Source: Vulcanimicrobiota bacterium
Lineage (GTDB): Bacteria; Vulcanimicrobiota; Vulcanimicrobiia; Vulcanimicrobiales; Vulcanimicrobiaceae
NCBI GenBank assembly: GCA_963820825.1
Contig: CAWGBN010000005.1
Coordinates: 160,001 to 224,000 of the forward strand
Length of the DNA stretch: 64,000 bases
Direction of reading: 5' to 3'
Both the position numbers and the translations under genes were made by a program. Shown here piece by piece: positions 1 through 9,675 of the stretch (the stretch's first letter is position 1; the number at the start of each line of letters is the position of its first letter). The notes under the pieces are model-generated. The model was not told where the DNA came from. It was given only the letters and a program-made list of their open reading frames with translations, and ran no database searches.

Positions 1-610
1 AAACTCGGCGACGGTGCCCAGGCCGTTCTTCGCGTACGGCGTTCCGCCGATGATGCGCTGCTGCATCTTGACGAACAGCCGGTAGAACGCGTTGCTGTTG
101 TCTTGCGTGACCTCTTGCGTGATCGCACCGCGCTCTTGATTCCACTGATCCTGGCGCCATCAGCACGCCGGTCGCGCGCGATCGCTCGGCCCGCAGCGCG
201 ATGTCGAGATACTGGCGACGGCACCGTGAAGAAGTACTGCGTGACCGTCGACTGGCGTATCGGCGTCGAAGTTGCCGCCGGTGATTTCCATCGTGTCCAT
301 GAGCTGCGACGACGACAGCGTCGAACTTCCGCGGAACATCATGTGCTCGGTCGCGTGCGCCAGGCCGTCGAATCCATTGTTCGTCGGATCCGACCTGATA
401 GTTCATCATCGCCGTGACCACCGGGGCGAGCGGATCGTGGACGACGATCACCCGCAGCCCGTTCGAAAGCGTCGCGCGCGTGACGTCGGTGCGCAGCGTC
501 CCGGAGGCGCGCGCCGGCACCGCAAACCAAACCGCCGCGATCGCCGCGAAGACGGCGACAAGGATCCAGCCATGCGCATCGGCGACGCTATTCTCGACGC
601 TTCGCGCCAA
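1..610 (-). CDS. M16 (pitrilysin/insulinase) family zinc peptidase, N-terminal part; runs off window; frameshifted
   Basis: Minus strand reads a signal-like hydrophobic stretch, then VTRATLSNGLRVIVVHDPLAPVVTAMMNY and the inverted Zn motif AHATEHMMFRGS. Confidence 0.85.
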   Translation of the reverse strand, partial: MARSVENSVADAHGWILVAVFAAIAAVWFAVPARASGTLRTDVTRATLSNGLRVIVVHDPLAPVVTAMMNYQVGSDEQWIRRPGARDRAHDVPRKFDAVVVAAHGHDGNHRRQLRRRYASRRSRSTSSRCRRQYLDIALRAERSRATGVLMAPGSVESRARCDHARGHARQQQRVLPAVRQDAAAHHRRNAVREERPGHRRRV

Positions 611-626
611 CCGCCGCCTGCAGGAC

Positions 627-2701
627 CTAGGAACTCAGCAGCAGCGCGCGCGTGCGACGGCTGCCGCTCGAGCAGCGCGCGCAGTCCCGCGTGCTCGGCT
701 GCCGCCAGCTGCGGATCGCCCGCGACGATCTCTTCGGCGGCAGCCTTGGCGGCACGATAGACGTCGAAGTCGCGCACCAGATCGGCCAGCCGCGAGCTCG
801 GCCGCGCCGGATTGCAGCGGTGCCGGCGAACTCGCCCGGCCCGCGCAGGCGCAGATCTTCTTCGGCAATCTCGAAGCCGTCGGTCGAATCGCGTCAGGAT
901 CTCCAGGCGCTCGCGTTCGGCCGGCCTCGTCGGGATAGACGAGGATGCAGTACGACTTCGCGGCTCCGCGACCGACGCGCCCGCGCAACTGGTGCAGCTG
1001 CGCGAGACCGTATCGCTGTGCGTCGAGCACGACCATCGACGCTCGCGTTGGCAACGTCGACGCCGACTTCGACGACCGTCGTCGCCACCAGCACGTCGAG
1101 CTCGCCGCGCACGAACCGCTGCATCATCTCGTCCTTCTCGCGCGTGACGAGTCGTCCGTGAAGCAGGCCGAGCCGCAGGTCCCGAAAGACTTCGGCTTTC
1201 AGCCGTTCGACTTCCGCCACCGCGCTCGTCAGCTCGAGTTCGCCCTCCTCGATGACCGGGGCGACGATGTAGGCTTGATGCCCGCGCGCGACGTTCGCGC
1301 GAACGAACTCGTAGACGCGCTCCAAGCGGCTCGTTGCGCACCGCGAAGGTTTCGATCGGCGTGCGTCCCGGCGGAAGCTCGTCGATGATCGAGAGGTCGA
1401 GATCGGCGTAGATCGATTGCGCGAGCGTGCGCGGAATCGGCGTCGCCGTCATGTGCAGCGTATGCGGCGACGATGCCCTTGGCGCGCAGCCGGGCGCGCT
1501 GCTCGACGCCGAAACGATGCTGTTCGTCGATGATCGACCAGTCCGAGCCGATCGAAGTCGACGCCTTCGGTCAGCAGCGCGTGCGTGCCGACCGCGAGCG
1601 CGGCTTCGCCGCCGGCCAAGCGGGCGACGCGCGGCGTTGCGCGCGCGCTGGCCTTGACTGCCGAAGACCGCCTCGACGCGCAACGCCGCAGCGGCAAGCA
1701 GCAACGGGGCGAGTTTAGCGGCGTGCTGCGACGCGAGAATCTCGGTCGGGGCCATCAGCGCGGATTGCACGCCGTTGCGCGACGCCAGCACGATCGCCGC
1801 CGCCGCGACGAGCGTCTTTCCGCTCCCGACGTCGCCCTGCAGCAGCCGGTTCATCGGGACGTCGCGCGTCATGTCGTCCCAGATCTCGGCGATCGACACG
1901 TCGCTGTGCGCCGGTGAGCGCGAAGGGCAGTGCGGCGCAAAACTCTTCGAGCAAACCGGGTGGCACGCGCAGCGCGCGCGCGTCGCGGTCGCGCTCGCGC
2001 TGCGCGCGCCGCAGCTGCGCCGCCGTCGCCAGCGCCAGAAACTCGCCGAAGATGAAGCGTTCGCGCGCGCGCTCGGCTTCTTCCGGGCGTCGCCGGCGCG
2101 TGGGCCGCGCGATACGCTTCGCGCAACGGCAAGGTAGCCGCGCGACTCGCGCAATCGCCGCGCGGCACGCTGTCGGCCGGAGCGAGCGCGAGGAGCTCGG
2201 CGAAGTTCTTCTTGACGACCGCACGCGATCTTCCGCGTCGCCAAGTCCTTGCTCGCGCGATAGACCGGCACCATTTCGCCGCGATACGCTTCGTCCTTCG
2301 CCGAGCACCGCATAGTGACCGACGTTGACGACCGCGCCCGCGAAGCGTGCGCTCCACGCGCCCGCGCACGAAGAGTCGGATTCCCTCGCGAAAACGTCCG
2401 TAGACGAAGCGCCGCTGACCGATCCATTTGGCGATGAACGGATCGCCCCGATCGTCGCGCAGTCGACAGCCTCGACGATCTCCAGGTCGCGCACGCGCCG
2501 TTCTTTCAGCCCGACCACGACGCCGACGGCGTTCTCTTCGCCGCGCGCGTTGCCGAGACGAGCGGCGGGCGTCGGAAAGCGCAAATCTTCGTATCGAAAC
2601 GGAAGGTATTCGAGCAGCGCGTCCGGCGTGTCGATGCCGAGCTCGCGAAAGAGCGCGGCCGTTTTCGGGCCGACTCCCGCCAGGGCGGCGATGTCATCCA
2701 T
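627..2701 (-). CDS. recG: ATP-dependent DNA helicase RecG (multiple frameshifts)
   Basis: Fragments GVGPKTAALFRELGI..LLEYLPFRYED, MNRLLQGDVGSGKT, ALMAPTEILA, MTATPIPRTLA, VATTVVEVGVDV, RYGLAQLHQLRGRVGRG across frames. Confidence 0.95.
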
Positions 2702-3661
2702 CGCGCGAAAAGCGCTCACGGCCGCCTGCCGCAGGGCCGCGTAGCTTTCGCGCACGTGCGGCACCGGTACGCCATAACGATCCGCCAGTTCGACGACGGC
2801 ACCGAGGATCGGGTCGAGTTCCAAGTCGCGGCCGCGTTCGAGATCTTGGAGCATCGACGTCTTTACGTCGGCCAAGCGCGCGGCGTACTCGATGCGCGCA
2901 TCGACGTCGACGTCGGCAACCACGCCCATGGCCTGGCCGACGCGCAGCGCCTCGATCATCAGCGCGCGGACTTCGGCGCGGGCGACCGGGTCGGCCAGCA
3001 TCGGCCGAATCGTCATGTCCCGCAGCGCGCTCACCGAGTTGAGCCCGACGTTGTTGACCAGCTTCAGCCACACGGTCGCGCGAACGTTCCGGATCGGCTT
3101 CGGCGGCCAAGCCCGCAGCGCGCATCGTGTTCGACCAGCGCCGCGACGCGCGCGTTCGGCCGTCCGCGCGGATCGCCGAGCACGTATCGCAACCCGCCGC
3201 TCTGCACGATCGTTCCGGGCGCGACGACCGTTCCCGACACGTGGACGACGCCGCCGACAACGCGTTCGTCGGAGAAGAGCCGGCCGATGCGTGCCACTCG
3301 GGTCGACGCTGCGCAAGCGGCGGCTCGCGCACGTACCAAAACGGAACGCCGTTTTGCAACGTCACGATCGTCGTGCCGCGTTCCGGCGAACGGCTGCGAG
3401 TTGCGGCAGCAGCGGCGCCCACTGATGGGCTTTGAACGTCAAGATGAGCACGTCGAACGTCGCCCAGTTCGGCGCAGATCGTCGCCGGCTTCGACGCGCG
3501 ACCGTGAAACGCGCCGAGGTCGCTCTCGATACGCAGTCCGCCGCGGCGGATCGCCGCGAGATGCTCGCCGCGTGCGACGACCGCCACCGGCACGCCGGCT
3601 CGGCGAGCGCGGCGGCGAGGAATCCGCCGATTGCGCCCGCGCCGACGACGGCTATGCGCAT
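2694..3661 (-). CDS. panE: 2-dehydropantoate 2-reductase (frameshifted)
   Basis: MRIAVVGAGAIGG Rossmann motif, VTLQNG, WLKLVNN, KTSMLQDLERGRDLELDPILG. Confidence 0.88.
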
Positions 3662-3682
3662 CGACGAATCTGAGAAACTCTT

Positions 3683-3755
3683 GAGGCGACGGGCAGATTT
3701 GAACTGCCGAATGGGGCTTTTGCAGAGCCCTGCCTTACCACTTGGCTACGTCGCC
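3683..3755 (-). tRNA. tRNA-Cys(GCA)
   Basis: GGCGACGTAGCCAAGTGGTAAGGCAGGGCTCTGCAAAAGCCCCATTCGGCAGTTCAAATCTGCCCGTCGCCTC cloverleaf, anticodon GCA. Confidence 0.95.
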
Positions 3756-3764
3756 GGATCGGAT

Positions 3765-3838
3765 TGGAGCGGGTAGTGGGAATCGAACCCACGCATCAAC
3801 CTTGGGAAGGTCGCAGGCTACCATTACATCATACCCGC
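3765..3838 (-). tRNA. tRNA-Gly(CCC)
   Basis: GCGGGTATGATGTAATGGTAGC...TTCCCAA...GGTTCGATTCCCACTACCCGCTCCA. Confidence 0.95.
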
Positions 3839-3926
3839 GCATCACGGCGCGCCTCCGGTTCGAGCCGGTCCATACCGCCCCCTACAACACCGCAAGCGCA
3901 CGACCGGTTCTCTCCAGAATATCCGC

Positions 3927-4619
3927 CTAGCCGATTAAACTGATCGCCCGCGCGAGCACGATCGCGACGGTAATGAGCGAGACGAGCGCCTCGGCCATCA
4001 TCAGCGCCTTGGCCTGACGGCTGAGCGGCATCACGTCGGCCGGGCTGAACGCGGTCGCGTTGGTGAACGCCAGATAGAGATAGTCGAAGAACTGCGGCTT
4101 CCAAAACGGGTCGACACAGGCCTGATTTCCGGTTGCGCTGATCGCCGTCTCGATCTGCGGAAAGAGAAAGTCGGCATTCTTGAATTCCGTCGCGGCGCTT
4201 GCATGAGCGCGCGCCTCGGGACCGTCACCGTCAATCTCCCAGAACCAGAGCGCGTAGACGAGTATGTTCGTAAACCAAATTTGGGCGCCGGTGCGCAGCA
4301 CGTAACCCGGCCGGTGCAACACGGCTTTCTCGGGGTGAAAGAAGGCCGCGACGAGCAGCAGCACCGAGACGAGGTTGAAGAACGTGACGATGGCGATGAG
4401 GATGATGCTCCACAGCCGCGTGCGCCGCGTCTCCCGGTGGCGTCGCGGAGAGAGGATCGATAACGGTACGAGCAAGACCAACACCAAGGCCGGTGCCGCC
4501 CAGACGGGGCCGATGGTTAAACGCGGGGGAAGCGTGACGTAAAGCAGCACCGCCGCCAAAACCGCCAGCGACGCGTGCCATCGGGGTTCGTGTCGCGTAA
4601 TCGCCGCGGGCTGCTGCAT
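3927..4619 (-). CDS. DUF1345-like membrane protein
   Basis: Several TM helices; WFWEIDGDGP..DFLFPQ..WKPQFFDYLYLAFTNATAFSPADVMPLS motif. Confidence 0.8.
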   Translation of the reverse strand: MQQPAAITRHEPRWHASLAVLAAVLLYVTLPPRLTIGPVWAAPALVLVLLVPLSILSPRRHRETRRTRLWSIILIAIVTFFNLVSVLLLVAAFFHPEKAVLHRPGYVLRTGAQIWFTNILVYALWFWEIDGDGPEARAHASAATEFKNADFLFPQIETAISATGNQACVDPFWKPQFFDYLYLAFTNATAFSPADVMPLSRQAKALMMAEALVSLITVAIVLARAISLIG

Positions 4620-4674
4620 CACCTCGGACCGTTCGCTGGCTTGGCAGCGCAACCCGCTGCCTTCATCGCGTATT

Positions 4675-5043
4675 ATGAGCCATATGCCTACTGATTTTCG
4701 TGATGGAAAAACCTTTCCGCGACGCGGTCGCGAGGCGATCGGCGACGCGCTTTGGCTGCTTCGCGCATCGGATAAAGGCCGCGCAGCCGCTGCCGGAACG
4801 ATCTTTGACTACATCTATCCATGCCCGATGGATCAAGGAGTGATGGAGCGCTGGCGGGTTACGCCCGCAGAGTTCAACGAAGCGCTCCGGGAGAACGAAA
4901 CCGACGAACAGCTCTTCGCGTGGTTCGCGCAGCGCGTACGTCCCGAAGACGTGCGAAGCGCAAACGAGTGGCTCGTGACCGAGCGAATAGAGAATCTCGA
5001 TCGCCAAGATGCCGAAGAGGTGGTTCCCGCGGAGCACCGTTGA
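4675..5043 (+). CDS. DUF5069-like protein
   Basis: FPRRGRE..WLLRASDKGRA...GTIFDYIYPCPMD pattern. Confidence 0.7.
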   Translation: MSHMPTDFRDGKTFPRRGREAIGDALWLLRASDKGRAAAAGTIFDYIYPCPMDQGVMERWRVTPAEFNEALRENETDEQLFAWFAQRVRPEDVRSANEWLVTERIENLDRQDAEEVVPAEHR

Positions 5044-5729
5044 TGGGATCGGCGATCGAGTTCACCCGGCCCGATGGCGAGACCGCCCCGGGTTATTTCG
5101 CGGGAGCATCGCAAGCGGATGCACCCGGCGTCGTTCTTTTCGCGGAATGGTGGGGACTCGACGAGCGGATCAAAGAGACCGCCGATCGCCTTGCCGGTGA
5201 CGGCTTTAACGTGCTCGTTCCCGATCTCTACCGCGGCCGTAGTGCGGCGACCGGCGATGAGGCCAACCATCTCATGCAAGGGCTCGACTTTGCCGACGCC
5301 GCGACGCAAGACGGCGCTGGAGCCGCACGCTATCTACGCGATCGCGGCGCCAAGCGCGTCGGCGTGATGGGATTCTGCATGGGCGGCGCGCTGGCAATGA
5401 TCGGCGTCATGCACGGCAACGAGTTCGATGCGGCGAGCATTTGGTACGGTTACCCGCCGGGCGAGGCGGGCGACCCGGGCACGATCTCGGTGCCGATTCA
5501 GGGCCATTGGGCGTTGCGCGACGGCTTCTTCACCATCGACGGCGTTGACGCGATCGAGCGCAAGCTCGCGGCCGCCGGCCGCAGTCCCGAGTTCCACCGC
5601 TACGAGGCCGAGCACGGATTCTACAATACCGGTGAGGCCGGGCAAGGCGGCCTCGGCCACTACCATCGCGAGCATGCCGAAACGGCCTGGCATCGCACGG
5701 TCGACTTCTTCAACCGAACGCTGCGCTAG
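5043..5729 (+). CDS. Dienelactone hydrolase family protein
   Basis: EWWGL, PDLYRG, nucleophile elbow GFCMGG, AEHGF; ATG overlaps the upstream TGA. Confidence 0.92.
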   Translation: MGSAIEFTRPDGETAPGYFAGASQADAPGVVLFAEWWGLDERIKETADRLAGDGFNVLVPDLYRGRSAATGDEANHLMQGLDFADAATQDGAGAARYLRDRGAKRVGVMGFCMGGALAMIGVMHGNEFDAASIWYGYPPGEAGDPGTISVPIQGHWALRDGFFTIDGVDAIERKLAAAGRSPEFHRYEAEHGFYNTGEAGQGGLGHYHREHAETAWHRTVDFFNRTLR

Positions 5730-5792
5730 CCGGCGTTTTTATTCGCAAATGAACGAGGCCTCGCCGATTGCGCGAGACCTCGTTTACGAATT

Positions 5793-5865
5793 TGCCAAGG
5801 GCCCGGATCGAACGGGCGACACCGCACTTTTCAGGCGCGTGCTCTACCAACTGAGCTACCTTGGC
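5793..5865 (-). tRNA. tRNA-Phe(GAA)
   Basis: GCCAAGGTAGCTCAGTTGGTAGAGCACGCGCCTGAAAAGTGCGG...GTTCGATCCGGGCCCTTGGCA. Confidence 0.95.
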
Positions 5866-5913
5866 TCGGTTATCGTCGAGCGCACCGCACGCTGCGATGC
5901 GCTCGACGTAAGA

Positions 5914-5990
5914 TGGCGACGCTGATGGGGCTCGAACCCACGACCTTCGCCGTGACAGGGCGACGCTCTAACCAACTGAGCTACAGCGCC
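5914..5990 (-). tRNA. tRNA-Asp(GTC)
   Basis: GGCGCTGTAGCTCAGTTGGTTAGAGCGTCGCCCTGTCACGGCGA...GGTTCGAGCCCCATCAGCGTCGCCA. Confidence 0.95.
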
Positions 5991-6012
5991 AAGGGGCGGC
6001 ACCGCCGACCGA

Positions 6013-6087
6013 TGGTGGGCACGGCTGGGCTCGAACCAGCGACCCCCCGCGTGTGAAGCGGATGCTCTCCCGCTGAGCTACGCGCCC
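6013..6087 (-). tRNA. tRNA-Val(CAC)
   Basis: GGGCGCGTAGCTCAGCGGGAGAGCATCCGCTTCACACGCGG...GGTTCGAGCCCAGCCGTGCCCACCA. Confidence 0.95.
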
Positions 6088-6184
6088 GTGCCGGTAGCGG
6101 CTCCTTGGACAAAACAGCATCGTACCCTACCGTGCGCGGGCTGTCCAGCACGGATAGCGGGATGCGCCGGTTGAAAATTGTCGT

Positions 6185-7639
6185 GTGAATCTGCTTGCAG
6201 TCGTCCTCGCGGCAGCCTCTGCCGTCGCGCCGGTGCACCTTGCGGCTTCTACGACGAATCCGCAAGCGCAAGCTGCGATCGATCGCGGCCTCTTCCTTTA
6301 TTACGCATACGACGCAACCGATGCGACGCGAGCCTTCGCGCAGGCTGCGGCGCTCGACTCCCACCTCGCGCTTGCATATTGGGGCACTGCGCTCGCCGAA
6401 GGACCCGATCTGAACACGCCGGTCACCGACGAGCGATTCAAGCGGGCGGCCGAAGCGATTCGCAAGAGCGTCGCCCTCGACGCGAACGCGACGCCGCTCG
6501 AGCGCCGCTTGGCCGAGATCATGGCGAAACGCTACGCGGGAACCTTTGCAGAGTGGCCTGCCGACGATGCGGCGTATAGGCGCGCGATGCTCGACCTGGC
6601 GCAAACGACCAACGACGAAAATGCGGAGCTGCTTGCCGCTGAAGCGCTGCTCGAACACGGGGGCCTGACGTGGCATAACGGCCGGCTCGCGAGCGAAGAA
6701 TCGCGCGTGGCGCTTTCGCTCGTCTCTGTCGTTCTTCGCGACGATCCGGAGAGCGTGATGGCCAATCATCTCTGCATTCACCTCTACGACCTCGCTGCAG
6801 ATCGCACTCCGGCGCTCGCGTGCGCGACGCGGCTCGACGCCGACACTTTTCCGCCGCAAGGCGAACATCTCGCGCACATGCCGGCGCACTATTGGATCGA
6901 GACGGGGAACTACGCGGCGGCCGTTCGTTCGAGCGAGCGCGCGTATGCGCTCATGACGCAGCTCACGGCCGACGACGGCGCTTCAGAGCACGCCGAGCAG
7001 TATGCAAAGCATGACATTGCGGTCGGATACTCGGCGGCGATGATGCTAGGGAATTACGCGTCCGCTTTGCGCTGGAGCCAACGGATGGGCTCCGCCTTTG
7101 GAACCAGCTTCGGCGGGCTCACCGCACTGCGTTTCGGTCGGTACGAGACGGCCTACGCAACCGACGGCGCCTCGTTTGCCGATACGAGCGTGCGAGGAAT
7201 GGCCGCGGTGCGCCTAGCCCGTATCGCGGAGGCACACGCGCTCGTTGCGAAGATCCCGGCAGCGACGTTCGCGCAGGGCTACCTGCCGCAGCTCTTTATC
7301 GCCCGGCTCTCCGACGCGAGCGGCGACGTCGCTCAAGCGCAGCAATGGATCGACCGAAGCCTTGCGAACCAGCGCTCCGCCTTCAGGGGCGAGCTGATTC
7401 CGTTGATTCCAGCCGACGAAGAACTCGGCGCGATGCGCCTGGAACGCAACGACGCGCCCGGTGCGATCGCCGCGTTCGGTAGCGCCCTTGCCGCCTGTCC
7501 GAACGATCCGCGCGCACTTTTCGGCCTCGCCCAGGCGTACGCGGCGAATGGAGAGAGCGCCCGCGCGGCGACGACGCGCGCGCGTTTTGAAAAAGAATGG
7601 GAGGGCGCCGACACCAAGGTCGAGGACGCCCTCCCATAG
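6185..7639 (+). CDS. Secreted TPR-repeat protein with His-rich motifs
   Basis: Signal peptide, Ala-rich helical repeats (AFAQAAALDSHLALAYWG, PNDPRALFGLAQAY), NHLCIHLYD and HLAHMPAHYW. Confidence 0.8.
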   Translation: MNLLAVVLAAASAVAPVHLAASTTNPQAQAAIDRGLFLYYAYDATDATRAFAQAAALDSHLALAYWGTALAEGPDLNTPVTDERFKRAAEAIRKSVALDANATPLERRLAEIMAKRYAGTFAEWPADDAAYRRAMLDLAQTTNDENAELLAAEALLEHGGLTWHNGRLASEESRVALSLVSVVLRDDPESVMANHLCIHLYDLAADRTPALACATRLDADTFPPQGEHLAHMPAHYWIETGNYAAAVRSSERAYALMTQLTADDGASEHAEQYAKHDIAVGYSAAMMLGNYASALRWSQRMGSAFGTSFGGLTALRFGRYETAYATDGASFADTSVRGMAAVRLARIAEAHALVAKIPAATFAQGYLPQLFIARLSDASGDVAQAQQWIDRSLANQRSAFRGELIPLIPADEELGAMRLERNDAPGAIAAFGSALAACPNDPRALFGLAQAYAANGESARAATTRARFEKEWEGADTKVEDALP

Positions 7640-7642
7640 CCG

Positions 7643-7840
7643 TTACGCGGCTTCACCGTTCCGTAAGCTTCGCGCCAACACCGCCAGCGCATCACTCATT
7701 GCCTGCGCACCGTCCGCCAGACGTCCGCGAGGCGTAGCACTTCGTCTGCTCCGTGGGTGGCGCGCCGACCGCCTCCAACGGGCATGTTCCAAGGCATCGT
7801 CACGGCGAATCCGGATTTCGGCTTCGAGCCAAAGTTCCAT
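7643..7840 (-). CDS. Small basic hypothetical protein (65 aa)
   Basis: GAGGTGA RBS before ATG; intact ORF downstream of an attenuator-like leader. Confidence 0.65.
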   Translation of the reverse strand: MELWLEAEIRIRRDDALEHARWRRSARHPRSRRSATPRGRLADGAQAMSDALAVLARSLRNGEAA

Positions 7841-7879
7841 GATTCACCTCGTTGATACTGAGTGCAGAAAACTGGAAAC

Positions 7880-7912
7880 AAAAAAGGCCTCCGGTCGATC
7901 CGCGGAGGCCTT
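7880..7912 (-). terminator. Intrinsic terminator (attenuator terminator)
   Basis: AAGGCCTCCG-cggatcgac-CGGAGGCCTT followed by a T run on the minus strand. Confidence 0.8.
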
Positions 7913-7946
7913 CGTCCCTTCGAGCAGCTCGCTACGCGAGCGCGAC

Positions 7947-8033
7947 TCAGGTTTTCAAGGACGAAGGTCCAACGCACGTCGACCCAACGCCGGCAAGCGG
8001 CGCGGTGGAGGTGAACTGACGCATACTGTTCAT
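7947..8033 (-). CDS. Putative leader peptide (28 aa, MNSMRQFTSTAPLAGVGSTCVGPSSLKT)
   Basis: AAAGGAGG RBS just upstream of ATG; lies between a promoter and a terminator. Confidence 0.5.
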   Translation of the reverse strand: MNSMRQFTSTAPLAGVGSTCVGPSSLKT

Positions 8034-8067
8034 CGAGCCTCCTTTAGACGAGCGAGTAATACGCGCC

Positions 8068-8097
8068 ACTCTATCACGCGGACGATTGCCTTGTCAA
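8068..8097 (-). promoter_or_regulatory. Sigma70-type promoter
   Basis: TTGACA-N18-TAGAGT with TGn extended -10. Confidence 0.65.
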
Positions 8098-8152
8098 ACC
8101 GCCGCGATGGAGGGTCGGCGCCTCATCCTGCGAATGAGGATGGGCGTTTTCC

Positions 8153-8227
8153 GGGCGGTTAGCTCAGTGGGAGAGCGCTTCCTTGACACGGAAGAGGTCA
8201 CATGTTCAATCCATGTACCGCCCACCA
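8153..8227 (+). tRNA. tRNA-Val(GAC)
   Basis: GGGCGGTTAGCTCAGTGGGAGAGCGCTTCCTTGACACGGAAGAGGTCACATGTTCAATCCATGTACCGCCCACCA. Confidence 0.95.
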
Positions 8228-8408
8228 TTGGAAAAGCGGCTTTTTCTGACGCAGCCGGTTTTCGTGGAGCAACGGGAGACGAGCGCGCTCGCAACACGGT
8301 TCACGGCGCGACACCGGAACTGTCGGAAATCGCGCCGCTACTCGGAGCACACCATAGCGCGCGGAGTGAGCAACTCCGCTTCTCACCGGACGCTATAAGC
8401 GGCAACAC

Positions 8409-8882
8409 TTAAGGACAATACTTTTTCTTGCGTATAATCGTAATCCACGCAAATCCATTGTCATAGTCAGTGTCCCCCGCGAAAAAAGCGTACGACTTGC
8501 CACAATGGTTAGGTACGGGAGAAAAGGCGTAGAGTTGATTCGTGTACTCAGTGAAATTGCAGAAACCAGTCTCGTAGCAGCCTATACCGGTCTGAGCGTA
8601 ATTCGTTTGTTTGTCGAAGTAGCCGGAAAGCGTAACTTCGCTGTAAGTGCCGTTAGTCGTAAGATAGAGCGGACATGGCGAAACCGTGATACCAGAGCCG
8701 CCGCATTCCGGCAGAGTTACCTGATCGGTGATCCGATTGAGGGCGTGGGGTGAATTTCTCGCAAGGGAGGTCTGCGCGGGCGGCACAACGCCTGGTCGGG
8801 ACTGCACCTGTTGGCCTCCGCAGCCTGCAACCATGGTGCCCACCAGGCAACAAATCGCTATTAGCCGTGACGATTGAAACAT
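8409..8882 (-). CDS. Cys-containing hypothetical lipoprotein
   Basis: Lipobox VAGC; visibly more AT-rich than flanks. Confidence 0.7.
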   Translation of the reverse strand: MFQSSRLIAICCLVGTMVAGCGGQQVQSRPGVVPPAQTSLARNSPHALNRITDQVTLPECGGSGITVSPCPLYLTTNGTYSEVTLSGYFDKQTNYAQTGIGCYETGFCNFTEYTNQLYAFSPVPNHCGKSYAFFAGDTDYDNGFAWITIIRKKKYCP

Positions 8883-9237
8883 ATCAAAATCTCCCCGCAG
8901 GATGAAACGAGGTTGCCCGGGGCTTCGGCGAGCGGCACCCTAGACCCCGTTACAGCTGTGCCGTCATCGGTCAGTTGGCTGAGTTAAGGTTGAAACGCTC
9001 CCCGACTGCGATTTTCGGACCGCCCGCGACGAGGCTCTAGCCTCGGAGTTGGCAGCGTAAGCAGCGACTCGCTCTAGGCGGCTCCGAGCAGTACGGGTAC
9101 GGAACCTGGCCGCACCAAGTCGACGCCGATAGCGAATTGCGCTTGGCGGGTCGCAACCCGGTAGCAACCGCACCGCACACTATATGCAAAATGCACACTA
9201 TGCACACCCAATTTACGCAGCGCCGCACGAACGAGAC

Positions 9238-9281
9238 TCCTTGACACGGAAGAGGTCACATGTTCAATCCATGTACCGCCC
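9238..9281 (+). repeat. Duplicate of tRNA-Val(GAC) 3' half (att site)
   Basis: TCCTTGACACGGAAGAGGTCACATGTTCAATCCATGTACCGCCC; no 5' acceptor/D-arm upstream. Confidence 0.9.
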
Positions 9282-9308
9282 GCCACCGAAAACTTCGACA
9301 ACGTTTTT

Positions 9309-9337
9309 AGACCGCCGTTTTCGGCGGTCTTGTTTTT
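9309..9337 (+). terminator. Intrinsic terminator after the att copy
   Basis: AGACCGCCG-tttt-CGGCGGTCT then TGTTTTT. Confidence 0.7.
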
Positions 9338-9675
9338 GGTCATCCACTTGGTCATCCACTACACGGACCAGAGCGATACCTGGACCTACACGGGCAAAGT
9401 GCCGGGGACGTTCAACACTCCGCTCTTCTTGACCATCGACGGTCAATGCCTGGCCGTCCGCAGTTCGGGCGATACGCAGAAACCGCAAACCGGCTACGTG
9501 ACGGTGATCGATCTCAGCGGAACTACCTCGACGGTCACCATTACCGACCGTCTCCAACACCGGTCGGAGCGGCGGTTGCACCGAGTCGCAGCTGATGGCG
9601 AGTCGCATGCCGCTCCTTGATCTCCAAGGAGTTAGCGTTCGCGGCACTGCGCACCGTCAGGTGAGCCGGAGCGAA

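Larger units (their letters stand above)
8180..9281. mobile_element. Integrase-less island remnant at tRNA-Val(GAC), bounded by 44-bp direct repeats
   Basis: 8180-8223 is identical to 9238-9281 (tRNA 3' half); lower-GC cargo gene inside. Confidence 0.75.

Noticed and set aside
448..3316. Apparent panE-recG and recG-peptidase fusion ORFs in the track
   Set aside because: Frame hopping caused by indels joins neighbouring genes; the same applies to the apparent phaB-phaC, pstC-pstA, NusG-L11 and hppA-secreted protein fusions.
9238..9285. Second tRNA-Val gene
   Set aside because: Only the 3' 44 nt are present, with no D-arm or 5' acceptor strand; it is an att-type duplicate.
9330..9620. 96-aa ORF after the att site
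   Set aside because: Starts within the terminator/direct repeats, with no RBS and no recognisable motif; at most a gene fragment.
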